Part shown: piece by piece, positions 28,856 to 38,362 of the stretch
How the letters are laid out: each line of letters begins with the position of its first letter
How positions within the stretch are numbered: the stretch's first letter is position 1
NCBI GenBank assembly: GCA_036867785.1
Contig: CP145418.1
Location: 310,001 to 374,000 of the forward strand
Length of the DNA stretch: 64,000 nucleotides
DNA from: Plasmodiophora brassicae
Taxonomy: Eukaryota
Direction of reading: 5' to 3'
The notes under the pieces: generated by a model
Seen by the model: only the letters and a program-made list of their open reading frames with translations
Databases searched by the model: none
Told to the model about the DNA's origin: nothing
Program-made: the position numbers and the translations under genes

Positions 28856-30967
28856 TTGACCATGCGGCATCGTTTGTGGGTAGTTGCATCTATATGGTGT
28901 GCCGCCGTTGCGTCCAGCGGCGTCGCTGGCTATTCGTTTCGCGAGAACAGCACGTTGTTTCTGAACCATCCTGTGCAGCCTGTTCCGGGCAATGCGCTGC
29001 CGTTGTTCGCGCCTCCATTAACGAATTTCTCGTGGACTGCCTGGGTGTCCATAAGCAGTCAGGTCCGGAAAGCTTCCGGTTCACGTCCCCTGTTTAGTGC
29101 AATTCCGTTCATGACAGGCGGAGACGCCAGTCAAGGGTTGCCAACACTCTACTTCAACTCATCGTCGAACGCATTGGGTTTCTCTCTCAGCATACTGTCT
29201 GGCGCCGCACCGCGAGGCGCGTCGCCGCTGGTATTCGAAACCGATGCGATTCCGTTCGATCAGTGGGTCAAGGTTGGCCTCTCGGTCACAACCTCGACGT
29301 CGTATGCCCTCACGAAGATCGTGTTGGATTGCTACGACGGCTCCAACGTGACGACCAAATACTTCCATGACGTGTCCTGGGCGACCCTACCTCGCTACGA
29401 CCAAGGTCTTCAAATTTGGGTCGGGCCCTCCGGTTTAGTCGCGCCTGGATACATTACGGATCTGGTGCTCCACTATGGCGCATCGACGCCTCGCCTATCG
29501 ACGCTGTGGCCACCTGCGCGCCTGCTGACTCGGTCCGGGAACCTCTGTGGCGGGACGAATTACCAGGAATCCACGACTCCACTTGTCATTGCCTGTTCGG
29601 ATTCTAGCCAGGTGATCAGCAGTATCCAGTTCGCGTCATTCGGTCATCCTCAGGGAACCTTCCCGAACATCACCGTTGATCCCAGTTGCCATAATGCCAA
29701 TACGTCCGCCATTGTCTTTAGTCAGTGCGCCAATCGTCGTAAGTGTCGATTGTCCTTCCCGGATGCAAGCGTTTACACTAGCGGTTGCCCATGGGGACAG
29801 GCCCCGTTCTGGGTCTCCGTCGTCGCCGTTTGCGCTTCGCCGCCGAACAAATCGACTAGTTGGCTGTCCACAACTTCCGGGCCTCTAGTCGCTCCCTCTG
29901 TGCTACACAGGTCGTCCACGCCAGGGCGGCGTCGTTGGCCTCAGTTTACGTCTCTAACGAGGCGCACCTCCACGAATCCTCACCGAGTCACGCTCTCGCC
30001 TCGATCCCGGTACTCGAAGCGTAGATCGACGGAACTCGATAGCCCTTCTCGTCGGATATCAGCGCCGACGTCGTCCAGCCTACACGGTACGACAGGCCCA
30101 GGTTCACAGGGTCGTGGTTTGGAAGCGGCTCGCGTCACGGTGCCCTTGGGTGCGATCGCTCTGGGGATCAGCTGGGACCTACAGGTCTTCTCCAGCGCTC
30201 TGGCGTCACAGATGCTGGTCGACACGAGTCGTATCGCGAGTTGCGGGATCCTCGAATCCGTCCCGGCGGTCACGTTTTACGTCCTGCCCCCCGCAGACCC
30301 AACCCAGGCAGCAGCGCGCGCCGTCGCCGTTGCCTTCCAGCAGAACATGCAACTGGCCAACAGCACCCTCCGGAGCATCCCTCTGCTGGCGTACGCGCCC
30401 CCGCCACCGATCAACGTGACCGTAGTCGATGTCACCTTATCCAGGTGTTCGGACGGGACCTATGTCGTCGTCGACAGCGGCATCTGCCCTCCGAGTCCAC
30501 CAGCGCGTGGAGGCGCCACACCGGCGACACCGCAGGCGTCCGCCTTATCGTTAGAGACGATGGAGTTGATCGCCGGCGTATCCGTGTCCGTATTCTGTGT
30601 CCTTCTGATCACCCTCTGCGTCCGTTGCATCAATTTAAAGCTGGCAGGACGGGAGGGTGGCAACGGGAACGAGTTGCTGCCGCACCAGGTCGGTGTGGGG
30701 ACAACCCAGGAAACCTACCCAGCAACGTTCAACGAGAACGTGAACGCGTTCGCGTTACCACATCGGTCAGTGTCAACAAACGCGACCGTCGATCTCGGTA
30801 CGCTGCGAACGCTGGACGGCGAGCAGGACTCGACCCGGCGGCTTCAGGCGTTCGCCCTACCACCTCGCGTCGGGGACACGTTGGGCACGATCGACCTCAG
30901 TGATGAGAAGGACAATAATGAAGTGATTTATTCCGACCGACACCGGCGCGAGACGGCGGCAACGTAA
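28856..30967 (+). CDS. Type I membrane protein with SUEL/galactose-binding lectin domain; C-terminus truncated by LTR element
   Basis: Signal peptide; ISSIQFASFGHPQG...SCH...CANRRKC lectin motif; TM LIAGVSVSVFCVLLITLCV; last 20 residues are encoded by the LTR. Confidence 0.8.
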   Translation: MTMRHRLWVVASIWCAAVASSGVAGYSFRENSTLFLNHPVQPVPGNALPLFAPPLTNFSWTAWVSISSQVRKASGSRPLFSAIPFMTGGDASQGLPTLYFNSSSNALGFSLSILSGAAPRGASPLVFETDAIPFDQWVKVGLSVTTSTSYALTKIVLDCYDGSNVTTKYFHDVSWATLPRYDQGLQIWVGPSGLVAPGYITDLVLHYGASTPRLSTLWPPARLLTRSGNLCGGTNYQESTTPLVIACSDSSQVISSIQFASFGHPQGTFPNITVDPSCHNANTSAIVFSQCANRRKCRLSFPDASVYTSGCPWGQAPFWVSVVAVCASPPNKSTSWLSTTSGPLVAPSVLHRSSTPGRRRWPQFTSLTRRTSTNPHRVTLSPRSRYSKRRSTELDSPSRRISAPTSSSLHGTTGPGSQGRGLEAARVTVPLGAIALGISWDLQVFSSALASQMLVDTSRIASCGILESVPAVTFYVLPPADPTQAAARAVAVAFQQNMQLANSTLRSIPLLAYAPPPPINVTVVDVTLSRCSDGTYVVVDSGICPPSPPARGGATPATPQASALSLETMELIAGVSVSVFCVLLITLCVRCINLKLAGREGGNGNELLPHQVGVGTTQETYPATFNENVNAFALPHRSVSTNATVDLGTLRTLDGEQDSTRRLQAFALPPRVGDTLGTIDLSDEKDNNEVIYSDRHRRETAAT

Positions 30968-31853
30968 CGCTACGTAACAGGGGCTTGCCAAGCCGTTACC
31001 GACAACTGCGTCAGTGGCGGGGCCTCTGCCGTGGACGTTACGCTGTCGCGCACAGTCACGGCGTCACCGTGTGCCGGTGGTACGACATGGTCCTTGACAC
31101 GCCCCCTCCAACGGCACGCGGTTGCATGCGGAAGACGGTCGAACGGACGTGTCCCGGCTCGACCGTTGGCTCTGGATCATGAACAACACGGCCTTGCACG
31201 TGCACATATGTCTTGGCTCGTTGACGCGGCACGAGACGGATCGTGGCGTAGCTAGAGGTGACATGGACGGCGCGATTTGCTGAGGCTGCTGTCGACGATG
31301 ACAACGCAGGGCTCCGGGTCTGGCTCAGGACGACACCGACGCTGAGCGCGCCGGCGGACAACGTTATCTTGAAAGGCGAGTGTGGCAAGCGATTGAGGCC
31401 CGTACGACTGGCGTACGCCTGGCGCTTACGTCCCGGTACTGGTTCAGGATCCCCGTAGGACGACCTGCCTTGCTGACGCGATGTGCCTGGAATCTTGCGC
31501 GTGGCGCGGACTCGGGTGGGCGTTCGTGGCGCGTTGTGCAGAAGCAGGGTCAGGGTAGAGACGCAGTGACGCGGGACTGGCACTGGATGGCACCGGCGCG
31601 CGGGGCGCCGGTGGGCTCGCCGCCTCGAAGCGCGGAGAACGCGTACGACTGTTAATCTGAGAAGGACAATAATGAAGTGATTTATTCCGACCGACACCGG
31701 CGCGAGACGGCGGCAACGTAACGCTACGTAACAGGGGCTTGCCAAGCCGTTACCGACAACTGCGTCAGTGGCGGGGCCTCTGCCGTGGACGTTACGCTGT
31801 CGCGCACAGTCACGGCGTCACCGTGTGCCGGTGGTACGACATGGTCCTTGACA
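30904..31853 (-). mobile_element. Non-autonomous miniature LTR retrotransposon (TRIM-like), 950 bp
   Basis: Identical 196-bp repeats 30904-31099 and 31658-31853, both TG...CA. TSD AGTGA at 30899-30903 and 31854-31858. Minus-strand PPT TTGGAGGGGGCG at 31100-31111 and AATAAA within the LTR. Internal 558 bp has no recognisable gag/pol. Confidence 0.93.
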
Positions 31854-31858
31854 AGTGA

Positions 31859-32246
31859 CAGGATGATGACCGCGAAGACGTTACAGCCGGCCACGGCGCA
31901 CAGCCCGTCGTTAAGGTTGACGGCCAGCCAAGACACTGACGACGCTGACTGCTCCGATTTCGAGACGGTCGCGGCAACCGGGACGCTAGCCGCCGCCGAC
32001 GGCGACGACTTCGACACGATCCGGATTGCGGTTGCAGGCCCTCGCGTCAGAGGCCAATGGCAGATGATCTCGGCGACGAACGAACCCGTGGGAACGGGGT
32101 CGGCACCCGCGCCGGATCCGTACCGCCCAGTGAAAGGCATGGCAAAGCCCGGCGCCAGGCGGAGGAAGAACGAGGCCGGCGGCGATGTCTCGACGATGAC
32201 TGCTTCCAGCGACGCTGACTGCTCCGACGTCGACGCCAATGAATAG
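31859..32246 (+). other. Displaced original 3' coding end of the lectin gene
   Basis: Removing the element and one TSD copy gives ...DLSD-RMMTAKTLQ...DVDANE* in frame. Confidence 0.85.
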
Positions 32247-33731
32247 GGACCTGCATGTCGCGGCGGACGTGTCCTGGCGAGCACGCATGGAACGACACGG
32301 AAACGTATATTAGATTCGACTATAGATATAGTAAACGGCGTGCCCAGGTTGTCATGCAGAACGCGACCTTGGTTTCGCTAGGGGCTTGACGTCGGCGAGA
32401 AGGACGCTCAGGGCGGTGTACTGCGGTAGGACGAGGTCGGACTGCAGGCGCGCTCGGCACTGAACCTCCTGGAACGCCGTCAATGACATCGGTACGCTTG
32501 CCCGCTTCGGCAGGGCGTCCGCCAGCGAACGCTTCCTGGACATTCTGGGAGTGTTGGCGCGTTTGGCAACTGGACCGGCCAGTTGGGGAGGTGTGACGGA
32601 CAGACGGCAGCGCCAGTCCTGCACGACAGACACCCTAGCTATTAATAGCCAAAGTCGCACATGACCTGAGGCCGCGTCCCAGCGACCAGGCCCGGCCGGC
32701 AGGATGCGGGACACGATGGGTAAGGTAACATAGCCATGGGAGACGCAACAAACCCTGTTATTGTATATTGGCATTGTTCATAAATGTGGAACTACGAACT
32801 GTTAGCTTTGGGATCTGGCTAACAAGTAGCCACTGCCCTGACGCGGTGGACGAGTACGAAACCGAGCGACGCGGCTATAACGCCTGACAGTGTGCTCTTC
32901 GTGCTATCTTGCACCTTGCGGTACTCGGCATACGTGCCGCTTTGGATGACGGCATCAACGCCTTATTCTTCCAGCTACTGTGCTTCTTTGTGTACTCTTT
33001 GCATAGCTCAATGGCCTCGACGTCGTCGCTCATATGCGGGAACCGCCAGATCACCCTGAAAATGCATTTGCTAATGCGAACCTCATCGTCTGTCGCCGCG
33101 ACAACCAGTGCCCATGCATCTAACCACACCCTGTAGCGGACGTCTGCCGCGTTCGACATCCGTGCCGCCTGCTCTCTCCCGACTTGGGCGTCCCGCGCTG
33201 TCGCAACGCATAGCAGCAGCGCAGCAGCAATCACGTCATACGCACCGTCGGCGTCATGGTCAACCAGGGCCAGCGGATGAATCAACTGACAATAGAAGGG
33301 AGCGCGGCTGCAACGACTAGCCAGGTGGACTACCCGCAGCGCCCCAAACGCTGGCGAGAGCCCCTAATCCCCGTTTTAGGAATTCCCGGATCACGGCCCG
33401 AGCGTGGTATCGTCTTCTTGGGTCAACCAACGCGCGAGGCCGCCAGCCATCGACCCAGGGAAGTACTGCAGTACCGATAATACGGTTGCTGCAGGACGAC
33501 CTTCTCTGCATCGTAGCCGCACTGCGATCGATCATCATCGCGCGCATGAGCAGACGGGAGCGCCCTGCAGGTCCATGAGCATTGACAAACAGGGTCGAAA
33601 CGAGAGAACGTGTACCCTGGTAGGTGGGATGCCACCCAGGGCACATCGGAATATTCCGACAGACAGGGGTGTAGTCACGCGCTGCCAGCAAAAGTGCGCC
33701 AGTTGCGACCTGCGATCGGACGGGGTTGGCC

Positions 33732-34679
33732 ATGGATCTGAAGACGGCGCTGCTCGACTGGGCGACCAAGGCCAGCGTTGAGAATCCGCCTACCGAACGT
33801 GACCGGCCGCTGCGACGACCGGAGGAAATTGTACGTCAACACGTGTTCTGCGTGCGTTGAGAACGGTTCCGTCGTCGCTGACTGCCCTGGCAGGACAAGA
33901 AATGGTTTGACGCGATCTTCGGCGAGAAGTCTGAGGTCGAATGCATGCGCGAGCAGCTGGACGTGCTGAGGACGCCATCGGATGACCGGGAAACGCGTTT
34001 GAAAGCGTTGGAACAACTGGAGTTCCTGTGCGAGTTGACCCACAACGCGAACGATTTGACGAAACTTGGCGGTCTGGACGTCGTGTTTGATCACGCCGAG
34101 CGGGCGGATGAGGACATCCAGGTCATGTCGCTGGGCATCCTTGGCATTTGCATGCCGAATAATCCTGTATTCTGCGACGCCGTCATGGCCGACCCGTCGC
34201 GACTGGAACGTCTAGTAGAGTTGCTGGCCCAACGCGATTCGATGGCCGTCCGCGCGAAAGCGCTTTGGGCTCTGTCAAGCCTGGTCAGGAATTCTCGTCC
34301 CGCGCTGGAAGCGTTTGTCACGAAGCACGATGGCGTCCAGCGACTGCGGAACGCGCTGACCGAGACCGAGAACATGACGATGGTTCGACGGGCGATCTCG
34401 TTGCTGGGCTTCCTCGAGTCCGAGAACATGGTTGACGCCGAGTTCCAGCGCCTTCTGGGGTCTGAGCTGGTCAGACTGGACGACCTGGAATGCAGCGAAC
34501 TCATCGTCAACATTCTCCGCGATATGCACGACCGAAACGCTCGCCTGGATTCGTCCGTCATCCGTCCTGCGCTGCTTGCGGTTCGCGAGCGGGAACAGCA
34601 AGGCGTGCTCCGGGATGCCGAACGCGACCCGACCGTACTCGGTGCTGTAGACCATCTGCTGGATGCGCTACCCCAGTAG
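33732..34679 (+). CDS. Hsp70 nucleotide exchange factor Fes1/HspBP1 (intron ~33831-33893)
   Basis: MDLKTALLDWATK, KWFDAIFG, ALEQLEFLCELTHNANDLTKLGGL, NNPVFC, KALWALSSLVRN. Confidence 0.85.
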
Positions 34680-35183
34680 CCATTAAACTGTCGTCACTGG
34701 TACAACAACAACAATGGCCACGGCCGGCCCACCAGGGCCTAATATGGTCCGGGGATATGCCCACGCCCGGCTGTACGTGCCCATGTTGGGCACCACGTCC
34801 GCACCTTTGCCAGCGCCCCATGGCTGGCGAAGGTGTGCATGTGCCGCGAACGATACGTGCCATTGATGGCAGCCTTGGCAATCGCTGGAGTAACGCCTCA
34901 TGGCCGTTTGTATTCATGTGGCTCTAGGATTATTTATGGACCGGGCCCATTGGCCGCATCCGTCCTGCCACGTATAGTCCAGAGTGTGCAGCAGAGTACT
35001 GCGCACAAGGCCTATTGTTTTGAGCTCATACGTCCATGCGGTCGTCCGCCGGGCCGCGGGCTCTTACATTGCGGTCTGCGGAATCCGCAAGTCCGGGCTG
35101 CACCTGAGCTGAGCACAGTGCACAGTACTGTTCGGAGATGCCGCGCTGTAGGACCTGGTGGAATTCCTGTCGGACGGACGGCC

Positions 35184-36079
35184 ATGTCGCGAACGACGCA
35201 GATCGACCAAATCAAGCAAGAGGTCGAGACGAACCTCGCTCTCAGCAACCCCGAGTTTTCACAGGAACGTCAAGCCAACGTCAAATCTGCCGTGTGGGAG
35301 AAGTTCAGCGTCGTCGCACGTGAAGACGTTCCGTGGATGATCTAAAGGAGTATGAGCTGTTGCATGTGAAGCAGGTTACGAATTTAACCTCGGGATCGAG
35401 CTTCAATGCCACAATGGGACCAAGACCTTGCGTGAGCATGTATTCACAAAGCCTGCTACACAAGAGGTGGCGTTCATGTCGGTCACTCTGCACTACATCG
35501 ATGAACAGTTAGATCTTCATGATCGGACGCTCTGCGTTAAGCCGATGCCGAATCGATCTCATACGGCAACTCTTGTACTGCAGCAGTTTGATCCTTCGAC
35601 AATATGGATCGTACTTCACAGAACCAGTTCTACCAGCTGGTATCAGACTCTGCACCAAACTGCCGAGGATGGATGCCATGTCGTGACCATAACATCGCCA
35701 CTGTTGTGACATCGGTTCTTAACAATTGCTGACAACCGCTCTGCGAAAAGAAGGCGCGCGTCCGGACAAGTCTCGCTTGTCCAACATCGTAATGGCCATG
35801 TACGACGTCGAAGGAAGTAAAGGTGTCACAGACGAGGACGACAACGAGACAGGAGATCCGCCGGTTCGCTGCAGGCAGGAACTGCACGGGTACCTTCAAC
35901 TCGGTGTTAAGCTTAGTCCCGATGGGCAGCACAGTACCCCCTAGTCTTTCGAGAGTTGCCCGGCATGTACTAGCTATGCATTCCCGCGTCAAGTTCAAAG
36001 TCAGAGTATAATTTCTCTGACGCTGGCAACCTGGTGAGAAAACGCCGAATGCTGCTGAAACAGTAATGGAGAATGACGC
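35184..36079 (+). mobile_element. Degenerate hAT transposase remnant
   Basis: BED-like KSAVWEKF, FMSVTLHYID...RTLCVKPM...SHTA, dimerisation-domain LSRVARHVL; multiple stops and frameshifts. Confidence 0.75.
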
Positions 36080-36161
36080 CCCTAGCGTTCCACCCGAAAC
36101 TCACCCGAGTTTATTAATTGACTACGACGTCGTTGTTTTGCGCGAACGCAGAAACAATTAC

Positions 36162-36815
36162 GCGTCATTCTCCGTTACTGTTTCAGCAGCGATCGGCGTT
36201 TCCTCACCAGGTTGCCAGCGTCAGAGAAATTGTACTCTGACTTTGAACTTGACGCGGAAATGCATAGGACATGCCGGGCAACTCTCGAAAGAATAGGGTA
36301 CAGCTTATGGTGTCTTTGCCACCACAGTAGTATGTTGTGCTGCTCATCGGGACTAAGCCTAACACCGAGTTGAAGGTACCCGTGCAGTTCCTGCCTGCAG
36401 CGAACCGGGGGATCTCCTGTCTGGTTGTCGTCCTCGATCGTCTGTGACATCTTCACTTCCTTCGTCGTACATGGCCATTACGAGGTTGGACAAGTGAGAC
36501 TAATTGTCCGGGCGCCTCCTTTTCGCAGAGCGGTTGCCAGAAACCGGACCCGTGATCCGCAGGCGCGTCTCCAAAGCGGGTCATTAGGGACTCGAGGAGT
36601 TCTTTGGCATTCGTGATCATTTCTGGAGGACATCCGAATGCTGACAGTCGACGCTTTTGTCCGGGATCGAGTATCGCGGCTGCGACATCCAAGTTACTGA
36701 CGATGAACTTTTCCTCCAGGAAAGGGCGAAGAGTGGCTTCCAGCTGAACGATGGTACCGGAATCCTTCATCATCGTCTCGCCATCTTGAAGCTGATGTGA
36801 ACTGTAGGACAGCAC
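36162..36815 (-). mobile_element. Second hAT transposase remnant, inverted
   Basis: AAAILDP and LLWWQRHHKLYPILSRVARHVLCISASSSKSEYNFSDAG (hAT C-terminal dimerisation motif). Confidence 0.8.
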
Positions 36816-37718
36816 CCACCCGTATCCGCTACATTTCTGAACCCTACCAGATGCAGTATGCTGATGCGCAGAGAGGCCTCAGAAATTGGCGTCATGTGCG
36901 GTGTAACTGCCAGAGATGATAGGGCAACACGTTCGGTCGGTCGACAGGCGCTGAAGATAAGGCCACGCTGCCGAACGTCTCAGGGTCAGCATCGCGCGCG
37001 GCAGGCCGTGCAGAAGAACGCGACTGGGCGCCTGGTGTGCCATGGTTGTTCCAGATATTTCCCCGGCGTCATCCACTCCCAGACCGGCGCTAGCTGCGTC
37101 CTTGTCGCTCCTATTGGCCACGCCCGTTTGGGCTCGGCCGCAAGCGTACCCGTCAGCAAAGTCTGTCCACCGAACGGTCGCCTTGCGTCGCCCGCTCTGA
37201 CCAACAAACCCGAACGTCGCATCGCAATCAAATGATGAGGCACGGCCAGATATTCCGGATCGTTCGCCACAGGCCTCGGTTGATACAGGCGCCGGTCAGT
37301 GCATGCATGCCCACGATGTCACCCGTATGCGCCAGCTGATGCGGCACGGCATTGCCGGGAACATTGCAGCAGACAGGGGGCGCCACACTGTTTGCAGTTG
37401 ACGGGTGGCCACTCGCCACGGCAGTGGTACCCTCGGTTGCCCCGAACGGATTCGGCCGGATTGCGGCGCGGATTAATCGCGCCGGTGAGTCAGCGCCGCA
37501 CGCGGTGGACTGCGGGTCACGAGACGCGCGCTGTGACGTCGCCGACAGACGTGAACTGCTGGACGAGCTACAGACAAGTCCCGTAGCGCTGCCGGCCTGA
37601 AACGAACCGTCGTTTGCCAATATGTCTGCGACCGCGCGACCCCGTCAAGGTGAACGCGGCTGTTCCGTTCATCGTGTACGCCGGGGGCCTGACCTGAGCG
37701 GTTGTAGACGTCTCGAAG

Positions 37719-38243
37719 ATGGCGGTCCCTGACGCCGTCCTGTCCAAGATGCGGGACGCAGGCGCCGTGATTAGGAAGGACCCGGACGCGCTCCTGACGA
37801 ACGTGTCCGGCGTGACGTTCAGGGACCCGGCCTGGAACGCGTACGAGGCCTGGGCGAACACGGTCGACGCGTCAATCATGGTTGGGGCCGGATTCGGGCC
37901 GTCACCGCAGGTGATCGAGGCCAGGCGTCATGCGCCACCGCCCCTGACGGGCCCGATCCTGATCGAGGCGAACTCGATCCGGTCGCATTTCGCCGCGTTG
38001 CACCCGGATGACGTCGACAGCGGCGAACGCGTCGAGGTCGCTGGGCCGCTGAACGTCGCCCTGTCGTTCCAGGAGGTGCACCCGCCGAAACTGGCGATGT
38101 CGCCGATGCTGTCGACGATCGAGAACCCGTCCCAGGCCGACTACCCGTCCATCAGCCAGCTCCCTGCCGGGTTCTATATCTGCGACGTTGCCCACTTCTG
38201 GTCAAACGCTGTCGTCCAGATCGCCGTCTTCAAACAACAATAA
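37719..38243 (+). CDS. Hypothetical protein (probably last exon of a spliced gene starting upstream)
   Basis: 174-aa ORF with coding-like codon usage; no motif recognised. Confidence 0.45.
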   Translation: MAVPDAVLSKMRDAGAVIRKDPDALLTNVSGVTFRDPAWNAYEAWANTVDASIMVGAGFGPSPQVIEARRHAPPPLTGPILIEANSIRSHFAALHPDDVDSGERVEVAGPLNVALSFQEVHPPKLAMSPMLSTIENPSQADYPSISQLPAGFYICDVAHFWSNAVVQIAVFKQQ

Positions 38244-38362
38244 TGAACACGCGTCGTTGACACCTTCTTATGTTTCCACAGTACTTGTGGAGGACAGTCG
38301 CATGGGTCGGGTGCTGCCCGTCTCTTGGATCGGGTGCTTCCGACGTTCGCCTGCCAGACGTG

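Noticed and set aside
31630-31670. Possible tRNA-Asn gene
   Set aside because: Only the anticodon-arm portion is present; no T-arm or acceptor stem. Better explained as a PBS.
31056-32284. Minus ORFs 31056-31745 and 31724-32284
   Set aside because: They span LTR boundaries or lie antisense to the displaced lectin tail; no gag/pol or other motif.
32352-33285. Minus ORFs 32352-32774 and 32875-33285
   Set aside because: Could be exons of a small gene, but I could not build a supported model or recognise a motif.
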